Shown: positions 8,924-18,504, numbered from the stretch's first letter. The stretch: DNA of 64,000 bases from Candidatus Campbellbacteria bacterium (GCA_002698305.1 NZWR01000004.1:164161-228160); one strand, 5' to 3'. Numbers and translations are program-made. The notes: generated by a model from the sequence alone, not told the origin.

Positions 8924-9391
8924 CCAGGCAAAGTGTGCAAACGCCTTGTTTGCCTCTGCCATTTTGAGAACTGTTTCTTTTTTCTTTACTGCTTCCCCTT
9001 CTCCGGCTGCTGCCTGAAGAAGTTCATCAGCAAGGAATACTTTCATGTCATTACCTTTTTTTGATCGAGCGCCGTTGATAATCCATCGCATAGCAAGTGA
9101 TAATTGCCGTTCTGGACGTACTGGAACTGGAACTTGGTAATTAGCACCTCCGACACGACGTGATCGTACTTCGGTAGATGGACCTGCGTTTTTAAGCGCG
9201 GCTTCAAAAACTTCTAGTGGTTCTTTATCAGATTCTTTTTCTTTAATGATATCAAGAGCACCATAGACAATTTTTCGAGCAGTCTCTTTTTTTCCATCAA
9301 GCATGATGTAGTTGATGAATTTAGCGAGTGCTACTGAATTATATACTGAATCTGGTTGTGGTTGTTTTCTGTTTTTTACTGGTCTTCGCAT
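8921..9391 (-). CDS. rpsG: 30S ribosomal protein S7 (uS7)
   Basis: 156 aa (PDSVYNS...VEVRSRRVGGANYQVPV...AFAHFAW). Confidence 0.96.
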   Translation of the reverse strand: MRRPVKNRKQPQPDSVYNSVALAKFINYIMLDGKKETARKIVYGALDIIKEKESDKEPLEVFEAALKNAGPSTEVRSRRVGGANYQVPVPVRPERQLSLAMRWIINGARSKKGNDMKVFLADELLQAAAGEGEAVKKKETVLKMAEANKAFAHFAW

Positions 9392-9401
9392 AATATTTTA
9401 C

Positions 9402-9818
9402 TTATTCGCCTTTAGGCTTTTTAACACCATATCGTGAACGAGACTTCTTTCGTCCATCAACACCTGTTGCATCAAGAACTCCTCGTACAACGGTATACCG
9501 AACTCCAATCAAGTCCTTTACACGTCCTCCTCGCAATAGCACTACTGAGTGCTCTTGCAGGTTGTGCCCCATTCCTGGGATATACGCTGTAACTTCCATA
9601 CCGTTTGTTAAGCGAACACGTGCAATCTTTCGAAGCGCTGAGTTTGGTTTTTTAGGTGTTGTTGTTGTCACCTTGGTACATACCCCACGCTTAAATGGTG
9701 ATGGGTATTTTGTTGGTCGGTTTTTCAATGAATTGAAACCACGACGAAGTGCTACCGCTTTTGGTTTTGATGTCTGCTTTGTGCGACCTTTTCTAATGAG
9801 TTGATTAATTCTTGCCAT
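9402..9818 (-). CDS. rpsL: 30S ribosomal protein S12 (uS12)
   Basis: 138 aa with [10 protein letters not shown] and [15 protein letters not shown] signatures. Confidence 0.97.
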   Translation of the reverse strand: MARINQLIRKGRTKQTSKPKAVALRRGFNSLKNRPTKYPSPFKRGVCTKVTTTTPKKPNSALRKIARVRLTNGMEVTAYIPGMGHNLQEHSVVLLRGGRVKDLIGVRYTVVRGVLDATGVDGRKKSRSRYGVKKPKGE

Positions 9819-9917
9819 AATATAAATGAGTATAAAAACAGCTCCTTAAAGAGCGTTCATATGATTAAGACATTACTATAATGTTTTTAAAATGCAAGAG
9901 ACCTGTTATTACATTAT

Positions 9918-10514
9918 CTACAGGCTTAATAGGAAGTTCGATATACCAAAAATAACCGGTTCGATTATATCAAGACCAATGAACAGAAAGGCAATTAGGA
10001 TAGGAAATGCATATCTGCGCAGGCTCTCTTTTATATGTCGGTACTGTTCTGGGATAAGGGCAAATAATACGTGATGCCCATCTAATGGTGGAATTGGAAG
10101 CAAGTTAAATATTGCCAAGGCAACATTCATAACAACGGTAAGCTGAAGAAATGACGTTCCTAGTGGGCCCATTGAAGCAAGACTGAGAACAAGTACCGCC
10201 AATATAGCAATACCAATATTGGTTAGCGGACCTGCAACAGCAACCTTTACAGCGTCCCAGCGGGGATTTTTAAAATAATGTGGATTAAATGGTACTGGTT
10301 TTGCCCACCCAAGAATAAAAGGTGCGCCCGAAATAATTAGTAACGCAGGCAATATAACTGAACCAAACCAATCAAGGTGAACTAAGGGATTTAAGGTGAG
10401 CCTTCCTGCAATACGAGCTGTAGGGTCACCAAGTTTATCTGCGGTGTATCCATGAGCTACCTCATGAAAGACTACAGAAATTATAAGAATAACGACAAAT
10501 AAAATATCTTGCAT
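9918..10514 (-). CDS. Site-2 protease family (M50) zinc metalloprotease
   Basis: HEVAHG lies in a TM helix with NLLPIPPLDG downstream. The protein is polytopic and hydrophobic. Confidence 0.8.
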   Translation of the reverse strand: MQDILFVVILIISVVFHEVAHGYTADKLGDPTARIAGRLTLNPLVHLDWFGSVILPALLIISGAPFILGWAKPVPFNPHYFKNPRWDAVKVAVAGPLTNIGIAILAVLVLSLASMGPLGTSFLQLTVVMNVALAIFNLLPIPPLDGHHVLFALIPEQYRHIKESLRRYAFPILIAFLFIGLDIIEPVIFGISNFLLSL

Positions 10515-10630
10515 ACATGCAGTATAGGGAAGTTTTTAAACTGTTCAATGCACTTGCATTGATAACCGCTTGTGCTAATATCAAAAACATTATACGTCCG
10601 GGTCAGAAAGGCCTGTAATCAAATAAAACT

Positions 10631-10876
10631 ATGTCACGAACATGTCCAATCACAAAGAAAGGGTCACAAGTTGGCGGAGGTTACAGTAACCGTACCCGTG
10701 CGACTGAGTTTAATCCAACAGGAAAACGACGACGTTTCCCAAATCTTCAAAAGAAACGGGTATACGTTCCAGAACTTGATCAAACCTTTGTTATGAAAAT
10801 CTCAACTGAGGCAATCAAAACAATCAAGAAAAATGGAGCATACGTTACGCTGAAAAAAGCAGGAATCATTAAATAA
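10631..10876 (+). CDS. rpmB: 50S ribosomal protein L28 (bL28)
   Basis: MSRTCPITKKGSQVGGGYSNRTRATEFNPTGKRRRFPNLQKKRV is an L28 pattern. Confidence 0.9.
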   Translation: MSRTCPITKKGSQVGGGYSNRTRATEFNPTGKRRRFPNLQKKRVYVPELDQTFVMKISTEAIKTIKKNGAYVTLKKAGIIK

Positions 10877-10907
10877 AAAAGAGTTCAGATAATCTGAACT
10901 CTTTTTT
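10875..10907. terminator. Bidirectional hairpin terminator between rpmB and the MBL-fold gene
   Basis: AAAAAAGAGTTCAGAT-a-ATCTGAACTCTTTTTT. Confidence 0.75.
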
Positions 10908-11748
10908 ATTTCCTTTTCCACACCTTGCCATCAGACGCGAAGCTAATAGTTCCTTCGTCACAGGTACTGAGCATTTCTACATTGTTTATAAATAAAGTAG
11001 AGAGAACCTCTGTATGAGGATGACCAAAGCGATTATTACAGCCATAAGAAAGAATAGCAAATTCAGGAGAAACTGATTCCATGAAATCTTTTCCTGTAGA
11101 AGTACTTGACCCGTGATGCCCCACCTGAAGAATATCAGCTTTTATTTTTTCGCCATATGCATTAACAAGATCATGCTCTACAAATTTTGATGCATCTCCA
11201 GTAAATAAAATAGTATTATCAAAATGCTTTACCTTTATAACGACTGAATGATCGTTAGCATCATACGAGTCATTGTGCTCATGTGGATACAATATTTCAA
11301 GAGTAAGCCCGGGCTCAAGGGTAAACACCTGCCCGATACTGGCTGTAATAATTTGAGTAGTACTAAGTTTTTCAAACACGCTATTATACAATTCAGAACC
11401 AGCAGCTAACCCAGAATGAAGCATGGTATCAATAGCAAATTGATCTATCACCCCTATCATACCACCAACATGATCGAGGTCGGGATGCGTGAGAATCAGG
11501 AGGTCTATTGTTCTGTTGTGCAACGGAATCAGTGAACCAAGGTCGTGTACTATATCCGGTCGAGCCCCAACATCAATAAGGATATTTTTACCCAGGGGTG
11601 TAGTTATAAGCGTCGCATCACCCTGCCCCACATCAATAAAGTGCACATCCATATTCTGGCTTTTACCAAAAAAATAAAAACTGAAAATAACTGTTACTAG
11701 CAAACATACAGTGGTAATAGCAAAAAGATTCGGGTGCTTTGTCTTCAT
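10906..11748 (-). CDS. MBL-fold metallo-hydrolase, ComEC C-terminal-domain-like (stand-alone, membrane-anchored)
   Basis: An N-terminal TM helix is followed by HFIDVGQGDATLI, THPDLDHVGG and GHHGS motifs typical of the ComEC beta-lactamase-like domain. Confidence 0.8.
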   Translation of the reverse strand: MKTKHPNLFAITTVCLLVTVIFSFYFFGKSQNMDVHFIDVGQGDATLITTPLGKNILIDVGARPDIVHDLGSLIPLHNRTIDLLILTHPDLDHVGGMIGVIDQFAIDTMLHSGLAAGSELYNSVFEKLSTTQIITASIGQVFTLEPGLTLEILYPHEHNDSYDANDHSVVIKVKHFDNTILFTGDASKFVEHDLVNAYGEKIKADILQVGHHGSSTSTGKDFMESVSPEFAILSYGCNNRFGHPHTEVLSTLFINNVEMLSTCDEGTISFASDGKVWKRK

Positions 11749-11787
11749 ATAATCAGTATCTCAAAAATACCAGAAAAAATAAAAAGC

Positions 11788-12369
11788 CTAAGTGGCTTTT
11801 TTACAATGCTCAAGAAAGCCTTGAACAATTTTTTGAACGACAGTATCGAGATCATTCTCAGGAAGTCCAGTATCAATCACAAGATCAAAATGCTTGTGGT
11901 CAGTGTGATCAATATTATACAAACTCTTGTAACGCTTGATATCACTTTGATACCGAGATTGCATCTTAGCTTTCATTTCTTCAATATTTTTAGCATGCTC
12001 ACTTTTTAATCGACTTTCGTTTGTCTCTAGGTCCATTAGCATGCGAACAGCTGCAACATCAGGGTCAATTTCCAAATAGACCTTATATGATTCAGGAATC
12101 CAGTGAAAGGCTAGTCGTGAATCAATAATAAGATTTGACTCTCCTCCTTTATTTTTAAGGACATCATCAATCTGTTTATCAATTTCTGGGTTAGACTCTG
12201 CTTGCTTTACAAGCTCTTGAATACTCAAACCTCTCTCAGTTGCTATACCTCTTAAAAAGTCTCCCGAAGAAAAATGAGTTAGATTTAATAGTTTAGCAAC
12301 TTTTTTAGCGGCACTACTTTTACCGCTACCAAGCTTTCCTGCGATTGTAATTATTTTCTTCGGTTCCAT
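11788..12369 (-). CDS. Cytidylate-kinase-like P-loop NMP kinase
   Basis: IITIAGKLGSGKSSAAK P-loop. Size and layout resemble archaeal-type (d)CMP kinase family proteins. Confidence 0.55.
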   Translation of the reverse strand: MEPKKIITIAGKLGSGKSSAAKKVAKLLNLTHFSSGDFLRGIATERGLSIQELVKQAESNPEIDKQIDDVLKNKGGESNLIIDSRLAFHWIPESYKVYLEIDPDVAAVRMLMDLETNESRLKSEHAKNIEEMKAKMQSRYQSDIKRYKSLYNIDHTDHKHFDLVIDTGLPENDLDTVVQKIVQGFLEHCKKAT

Positions 12370-12381
12370 AGAGGCATACTA

Positions 12382-13878
12382 TCATACTTTAGCTCTCTGT
12401 GCTTTTTGTATAGTATATACCCAATATCCAATACCCCCGTACATAATAAACATCCATACGTAATGAAATTGTGGAATCATAATTGACCCATAGGGTACAG
12501 CCGCAAAAATATCAACAATAGTTAATTGGTATTTCAAAAAATACGTGGAAATGTATGCGAAGATAATTGAAAAATAGGGAAATAGATATGCAGATATAGA
12601 AGTAATAAATCCAAAAAGCATTGCATATGGCACCGCGAATAGAACCAATACATTCACTATAGGTGAGATTAGTGAAAACTCGCCTATTTGATAAATTAAA
12701 AGTGGCAAGACCATAATTTGCGCTGAAATAGTAGCGACAGCACTTTCTTTAACGGCAAAATATTTTGGTAACAATGAAAATTTTCTTTCAAGATAAGGAG
12801 CTAAAGCAATCAGTCCATACGTTGCCAAAAACGACAACTGAAAAGAAATATCATAGAGCAGAAGACGCGGGTTATACAATACCATGCAGATCCCTGCGAT
12901 AATGAGTGCGCGGCTAATATTGTAACGAGCACCGAGCGTATCAGCCAACACAATAAATACCGCCATAATTGAAGCACGAACGACTGTTGGACCAGCGCCG
13001 ACTAGAAGAGCAAAAGCAGCAATTCCCAAAACCGCGATAAGGGAACGCGGTACCCGCGGCAAAAAGCCAAGCATACTCGTCAAAATTTTAATCACTAAGG
13101 AAACATTGTATCCTGAAAGCACGACAATATGCATAAGCCCGACAATACGAAATTTCTTTTCTGTTTCTGCATCGAGACCTCCATCTTGCCCAAATAAAAT
13201 CCCAGCTAACAACCCTGATTCAGGAGCTGGAATCAAGCGGTAGATATTTTCCAAAAGACTGTTTTTAAATTGATAGAGTGACCCTAAAATGCTAGTTGGC
13301 AATGTTTCGATACGATCAACCTCGGCAAATGACATCGTATAGGAAATATTACTGTTTTTAAGATAGCTTCCGTAATCAAATTCTCGACCTGATTCAGTGA
13401 TAAATGACTCAGGTTGTTCTAATTCACCCTCGATACGTAAATAATCTCCATAGTGAACATTAACATCGCGTATCGCTGATACCAAGACCCGCGTTTCAAC
13501 AGAAAATTCATCTTCTGAATACAGTGAAGTAAGAGTGTCGACATCAAAAGAAAAGCGTTGATAGAGACCAGAATAGATAGGCTCGGAAACAACCCTCCCT
13601 TTCACAATAATTTCTTCAGGCTCGTGTGCAAAGATATCAAGCGGCATTGATTGAAATCTCTGTTCTGCGTAATCTGCACGCATAAAACCAAGGATAGACA
13701 TACTACTTACTATAAAAATTACAGGGAAATATTTTTGAGAAAATGTAGCAATTGAAAATAACACAAGCCCAGCTAGAACCATCATAAACAGCGAAAAATC
13801 AACATCTGCATGCAGCTGTCGAACGAGTATCCCAGCAAGTAACCCTCCTGCTGTGCCATAGAAATACTTGACCATCAT
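12382..13878 (-). CDS. comEC: ComEC/Rec2 competence channel (DUF4131 plus competence domain only, no MBL domain)
   Basis: 498-aa polytopic membrane protein with an OB-like N-terminal region and a ComEC core pattern (HIVVLSGYNVS, GAGPTVVRASIMA). Confidence 0.8.
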   Translation of the reverse strand: MMVKYFYGTAGGLLAGILVRQLHADVDFSLFMMVLAGLVLFSIATFSQKYFPVIFIVSSMSILGFMRADYAEQRFQSMPLDIFAHEPEEIIVKGRVVSEPIYSGLYQRFSFDVDTLTSLYSEDEFSVETRVLVSAIRDVNVHYGDYLRIEGELEQPESFITESGREFDYGSYLKNSNISYTMSFAEVDRIETLPTSILGSLYQFKNSLLENIYRLIPAPESGLLAGILFGQDGGLDAETEKKFRIVGLMHIVVLSGYNVSLVIKILTSMLGFLPRVPRSLIAVLGIAAFALLVGAGPTVVRASIMAVFIVLADTLGARYNISRALIIAGICMVLYNPRLLLYDISFQLSFLATYGLIALAPYLERKFSLLPKYFAVKESAVATISAQIMVLPLLIYQIGEFSLISPIVNVLVLFAVPYAMLFGFITSISAYLFPYFSIIFAYISTYFLKYQLTIVDIFAAVPYGSIMIPQFHYVWMFIMYGGIGYWVYTIQKAQRAKV

Positions 13879-13893
13879 TACTTTGATTGTACT

Positions 13894-14439
13894 ATGGAAA
13901 CTAAAGACAAACCAAAAAAAATAATAAAATTTATGAAGAAATTACAGTTTTGCCTGCAGCTATCTGGTTTTTTAAACTCAAACACTTTAGAAAGATTACT
14001 TAAAAAATTAGATGATTATATTGATTTTTTAAAAAAAATTGGAGATCTACAAGGATATAATACTTTCGATCTTTTAGAAGAAAATGAACATTTCAGGGAT
14101 GAATATGTTGGTAAAAAGAAATCAGCAATCATTGCTTATGAAAAAATTCAAATTGTATTTAATCACGCGGGATATACAAAAACTGCAATGAAAAAGTATG
14201 ATGAAGATACATGCATAAAAAATATCTGCGAAGTTTCAAAGCTTTTACTAGGGCTTGTAAGAAATTCGAAAACATTATTCAAATCTGAAAAAACTATCGA
14301 TTTTCGAATTTCTGAAATTGCAGGAGTAAGAAGATCAGTGGAGCAACTGCAAAAACAATTATCATTATTTTTAAATGAGAAGTTCGAAGTTGAGATATCA
14401 CAAACAAAGAACAAAAAAGAATTAACGAAAGTTTCTTAA
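13894..14439 (+). CDS. Hypothetical protein (Lys-rich, predicted all-alpha)
   Basis: 181-aa ORF in AT-rich sequence, followed by its own terminator. I recognise no family. Confidence 0.5.
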   Translation: METKDKPKKIIKFMKKLQFCLQLSGFLNSNTLERLLKKLDDYIDFLKKIGDLQGYNTFDLLEENEHFRDEYVGKKKSAIIAYEKIQIVFNHAGYTKTAMKKYDEDTCIKNICEVSKLLLGLVRNSKTLFKSEKTIDFRISEIAGVRRSVEQLQKQLSLFLNEKFEVEISQTKNKKELTKVS

Positions 14440-14444
14440 CTACG

Positions 14445-14470
14445 AGCCAGGACTATCCTGGCTTTTTTTT
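14445..14470 (+). terminator. Rho-independent terminator
   Basis: AGCCAGGA-cta-TCCTGGCT followed by T8. Confidence 0.8.
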
Positions 14471-14511
14471 ATTTCAATGGTAATATTTATATAAATCAAA
14501 ATACAAACAAT

Positions 14512-14904
14512 ATGAAAAAGCTTTCAATCTCAGATCAAGAAATTTTAATAATTCAAAATTACGTTGAAGAAATTAGAAAAATTAAGTTAATTCAAATTGA
14601 CGCTAAGTCTCTGGAAGAAAGAGCAAAAAGTTTTCCAAAGCTAGCAAAAGATATGATTTCCAAGCAGAAGCAAATCTCCTTAAAGCTTCGAAAAAAAGCA
14701 TTTAACGAGCTTAAGCGAGAATTTCAAGATATTCTGGCAAATCTCAAGGAACAGGTTGTCGAAAACAGGCTAGTCCAAAAATACCCAAGCATCATTGAGT
14801 ATACCTATGCTGAAGGGGCGGAAATGGCTTATAGAGACTTACAAAAGATTCTTACTGAGCTAGAAATTAAAGAAATAGCTGCTAAAAAAAGAAAAACTGC
14901 ATAA
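14512..14904 (+). CDS. Hypothetical protein (coiled-coil-like)
   Basis: 130-aa ORF rich in K/E/L. I recognise no family. Confidence 0.5.
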   Translation: MKKLSISDQEILIIQNYVEEIRKIKLIQIDAKSLEERAKSFPKLAKDMISKQKQISLKLRKKAFNELKREFQDILANLKEQVVENRLVQKYPSIIEYTYAEGAEMAYRDLQKILTELEIKEIAAKKRKTA

Positions 14905-14925
14905 GAGTATAAAAAGCAAATAGTA

Positions 14926-14949
14926 AAAACCCGGGTGAGCTCGGGTTTT
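14926..14949. terminator. Bidirectional hairpin terminator
   Basis: AAAACCCGGG-tgag-CTCGGGTTTT lies between convergent genes. Confidence 0.8.
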
Positions 14950-14952
14950 CTT

Positions 14953-15315
14953 TTACAAAAATTGTTTAATTTTTTCTGTATTTTTTTCAAATTCTTTCTC
15001 GGAACCATTGCTGGGAATGGCTGGGAATAATTTAATATGTGCATGCGGCACCTCTTCTCCTACTACCTTGCATATAATCATTTTGGTATCAAATGCCTGC
15101 TGTAGTGCTTTGGAAATTGTTCGTGCTAATTGCCAATATTCATCATAGCGTTCAACATCCCAAACCCATCGTGCCGGGGTTTTTGGAATAACCAGGCAGT
15201 GCCCTGGAGCCTCGGGCATATGATCCAAAAATACCAAGAAGTTATCGTCTTCGTGCACAATATGTGCTGGTATTTCTTTGTCTACTATTTTTTCAAAAAT
15301 ATTTTTCTCTGACAT
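14953..15315 (-). CDS. HIT (histidine triad) family protein
   Basis: 120 aa with PGHCLVIPK and a C-terminal PHAHIKLFP motif (H-x-H-x-K variant of the triad). Confidence 0.75.
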   Translation of the reverse strand: MSEKNIFEKIVDKEIPAHIVHEDDNFLVFLDHMPEAPGHCLVIPKTPARWVWDVERYDEYWQLARTISKALQQAFDTKMIICKVVGEEVPHAHIKLFPAIPSNGSEKEFEKNTEKIKQFL

Positions 15316-15393
15316 GACTCAATTATATCACGGTATAGTTTCTGACATGAAAAGCTTTCTTCTTTTCTGAATATCTTTAGGTATACTTTGACA

Positions 15394-17127
15394 ATGGATA
15401 TCTATACCCTGTCTGAAAAAATTACACAGAATCACCCTCTCTTAAAAAAATACTCTCCTCTCGTAGCCCAGCTATTGCTTAATCGCAGTATTACAGAAAC
15501 TACTGCAGCAGAAGAATTTATCAAGCCTAGTTATACAGGAAACCACGACCCCCTGCTTCTTCATAATTGCGAGCAAGCAATTGATCAAATATATTCTGCA
15601 ATAATACATACCAAGAAAATTATTATCTATGCTGATTATGATGCCGATGGAATCCCCGGTGCAGTAGTGCTCTCGACCCTTTTCGATAAAATTGGATACA
15701 CCAATTATGATATCTACATCCCTCATCGCCACGATGAAGGGTATGGCCTCCACATAGAAGCACTTGAGAAATGTAAAAACGATGGTGCTGAACTTATCAT
15801 TACCATTGACCTTGGTGTTACGGCGATAGACCAAGCAGATTGGTGTAATGATAATAATATTGAGTTAATTGTTACTGACCACCATTTGCCACAAACTGAT
15901 CCGGCTGGAAATGAAGAGTTGCCACATGCTCTTGTAGTAAACCCAAAACAATCAGCATGCCATTACCCAGAACCTATGCTCTGTGGAGCTGGAGTCATCT
16001 TTAAAATTGTTCAGGCCTTCATTCAAAAATATGGAGAAGAATTTAATGTTCACGTCGGATGGGAAAAATGGCTGCTTGATATGGTCGGGTTGGCTACCAT
16101 ATCAGACATGGTTCCTTTGACTGGTGAAAATAGAATTTTTGCTTATTTCGGAATGGAAGTAATGAAAAAAACGCGGCGAGGAGGATTAAAAAAAATGATG
16201 TGGGATGCAGGAATTAATAATCGCTACATGACCACCAGTGATATTGGATTTAATCTCACTCCCCGTATTAATGCTGCGTCACGTATGAGTCACCCTAAAG
16301 ATGCGCTTGCAGTGCTTCGCGCATCTAAAACAAATGAAATAGAGCGTAGTGCAAATCTACTCACCGAACTTAACAACACACGTAAAAAACTCACGCGCAG
16401 CACCACCAAAAAAGCTATTGCTATGGTAAATGAAAAGAATATCCCGAAAGTTATAGCTGTGGGAAACAAGGATTGGAGTATCGGTATTGCGGGATTAGTT
16501 GCCTCAAAGCTTGTTGATCGGTTTAAACGACCGGTCTTTGTGTGGACAGAGGAACATGGAGTTATTAAAGGGTCTGCGCGCAGCTATGGCGACGTACACT
16601 TGATTGAACTAATGAAAGCCTGTCCTTCTAGTACCTTTGAATCATTTGGCGGACACAAAGAAGCGGCAGGTTTTACCTGTACCAAAAAATATATTGATGA
16701 TTTGGAAACATATTTATCAGAGGCACTGAATTCCCTTCCTCAAGAAAAAAGCACTCAAAGACATGGCATCATCGTTGATGCAGAAATAGGAAAAGATCAG
16801 ATAATATTTGAAACCTACAAAGACCTAAGAAAACTTGCACCATTTGGTATTGGTAATGAAGAACCAATATTTATCATCAAAGACGTTCAACTTGAACATG
16901 TCGGCACTTTTGGTAAAGAAGGAGATCATACGGAAGTTGTATTTTCAAATACTAAAAATGAACCTATTCGAGGGATCTGTTTTTTCAAACAGCCAAATGA
17001 ATTTACTATAACCCCAAAAACTGGCGATACCGTTTCTCTTGTCGGAACTATAGAATTTTCGACATTCATGGGTAAAAATGAATTACGCATAAAAGTTATC
17101 GATATAACAGAAATTGACAAAATATAA
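15394..17127 (+). CDS. recJ: Single-stranded-DNA-specific exonuclease RecJ
   Basis: DHH-family motifs are present (ADYDADGIPG, TDHH, DHH1/DHHA1 order, GGHKEAAGF). ATG at 15394 is preferred over TTG at 15388. Confidence 0.9.
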   Translation: MDIYTLSEKITQNHPLLKKYSPLVAQLLLNRSITETTAAEEFIKPSYTGNHDPLLLHNCEQAIDQIYSAIIHTKKIIIYADYDADGIPGAVVLSTLFDKIGYTNYDIYIPHRHDEGYGLHIEALEKCKNDGAELIITIDLGVTAIDQADWCNDNNIELIVTDHHLPQTDPAGNEELPHALVVNPKQSACHYPEPMLCGAGVIFKIVQAFIQKYGEEFNVHVGWEKWLLDMVGLATISDMVPLTGENRIFAYFGMEVMKKTRRGGLKKMMWDAGINNRYMTTSDIGFNLTPRINAASRMSHPKDALAVLRASKTNEIERSANLLTELNNTRKKLTRSTTKKAIAMVNEKNIPKVIAVGNKDWSIGIAGLVASKLVDRFKRPVFVWTEEHGVIKGSARSYGDVHLIELMKACPSSTFESFGGHKEAAGFTCTKKYIDDLETYLSEALNSLPQEKSTQRHGIIVDAEIGKDQIIFETYKDLRKLAPFGIGNEEPIFIIKDVQLEHVGTFGKEGDHTEVVFSNTKNEPIRGICFFKQPNEFTITPKTGDTVSLVGTIEFSTFMGKNELRIKVIDITEIDKI

Positions 17128-17173
17128 TTTAGATATATTATTTAATAAAATAATCATTTAAATATCTACTATT

Positions 17174-17557
17174 ATGGCAAAGTTAATTAGTCAGAATGCC
17201 CTCATCTTGAGACACCAGTTCCAACGTCAAAATTATTTACTAACGAGTTATGCTAACCAAAATTTTCATAATGCGTTCACAGTAACTTTCGAAACAGGCG
17301 AAGAGTATATCGTTGGTTTCAGGCAAAAAGACGAGATAATTGAAATTTTTCAAGATATCGATTTCTTTGGTGGCCCAGAACCATCTTTGAAACTTACCCT
17401 AGCTGATGGCCCTAAAATATTCCCACTTAACGACGAACGAATCTTAAATGAGAATTTTAATCTTCGACCTATCGAGTCGAAATGCCACGTGCTGGAGTAC
17501 CCTGAATCTGATCTCCCCGAGAAGAATTGGCAAACTCGCTCGGTAACAAGAAAATAA
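17174..17557 (+). CDS. Hypothetical protein
   Basis: 127-aa ORF followed by a terminator. I recognise no family. Confidence 0.45.
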   Translation: MAKLISQNALILRHQFQRQNYLLTSYANQNFHNAFTVTFETGEEYIVGFRQKDEIIEIFQDIDFFGGPEPSLKLTLADGPKIFPLNDERILNENFNLRPIESKCHVLEYPESDLPEKNWQTRSVTRK

Positions 17558-17618
17558 AATGAGAGGAACTGCAAAAAATACTAATTCTTAATCACATGAG
17601 CCTACTTATGTGGCTTAA

Positions 17619-17652
17619 AATCCTGCAATACTACGGTATGTAGGATTTTTTC
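17619..17652 (+). terminator. Rho-independent terminator
   Basis: AATCCTGCA-(11 nt)-TGTAGGATT (one G-U pair) followed by TTTTTTCTT. It overlaps the spurious 5' extension of the efp ORF. Confidence 0.65.
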
Positions 17653-17688
17653 TTGCAGAAATGGCGCTTCCCTATTATCATTTTAGGT

Positions 17689-18273
17689 ATGTTGAACTAT
17701 AACGAAATCAAAGAACGAAAATATATTCTATTGGACGATGAGCCGTATGAAGTCGTCTCAGCCCAGGTGTCACGAAAACAAGCTAACAAACCAGTCAATA
17801 AAACTAAACTTAAATCACTTTTAAACGGGCGTGTTGTAGAACATACCTTCCATATGTCAGACAAGGTGAATGAAGCAGATATGTCAAAGCAAAACTTTGT
17901 GTTCATTTATCGTAAAGGAAATGAATTTTGGTTTCATGCCGAAGGTGACAAATCAGATCGATTCCCGATTGGTACTGAAGTAATTGGAAATGCAGAATAT
18001 TATATTCTCCCTAACGAAACTATTGAATTTTCAGTTTTTACGAATGACGATGATGAAGATATGATTATCGGTGTAAATCTTCCATTAAAAATGGAGCTTA
18101 AGGTCAAGGATGCACCACCAGCGGTTAAAGGAAATACTGCCCAAGGTGGTGACAAGATTGTCACCACAGTAACCGGATTAAAGGTTACCGCCCCAATGTT
18201 TATTAATCCAGGTGATGTGATCGCTGTTAGCACTGAGACTGGCGAATATTCCGAACGCGTTTCTAAGGCATAA
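17689..18273 (+). CDS. efp: Elongation factor P
   Basis: MLNYNEIKERKYILLDDEPYEVVSAQ... has three-domain EF-P length and pattern. Start at ATG 17689. Confidence 0.85.
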   Translation: MLNYNEIKERKYILLDDEPYEVVSAQVSRKQANKPVNKTKLKSLLNGRVVEHTFHMSDKVNEADMSKQNFVFIYRKGNEFWFHAEGDKSDRFPIGTEVIGNAEYYILPNETIEFSVFTNDDDEDMIIGVNLPLKMELKVKDAPPAVKGNTAQGGDKIVTTVTGLKVTAPMFINPGDVIAVSTETGEYSERVSKA

Positions 18274-18274
18274 T

Positions 18275-18299
18275 AAAAACTACCTAAGAGGTAGTTTTT
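18275..18299. terminator. Bidirectional hairpin terminator (efp / rpsR)
   Basis: AAAAACTACC-taaga-GGTAGTTTTT. Confidence 0.8.
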
Positions 18300-18300
18300 A

Positions 18301-18504
18301 TTATGAACGGATATATGGAAGTAATCCCATAAATCGTGCTCGCTTGATTGCTGTTGCAAGTTGACGCTGCATTTTTGCAGACGTTCCTGTTCGCTTTCGC
18401 CCCATAATGCGGGCTGACGGTGTCAGAAACTTTTTGATCAACTCGGTATCTTTGTAATCAATGTGTTTGATATTGTTTTGCTTGAAATAGCAGTGTTGTT
18501 TCAT
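18301..18504 (-). CDS. rpsR: 30S ribosomal protein S18 (bS18)
   Basis: 67 aa ([50 protein letters not shown]). Confidence 0.95.
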   Translation of the reverse strand: MKQHCYFKQNNIKHIDYKDTELIKKFLTPSARIMGRKRTGTSAKMQRQLATAIKRARFMGLLPYIRS

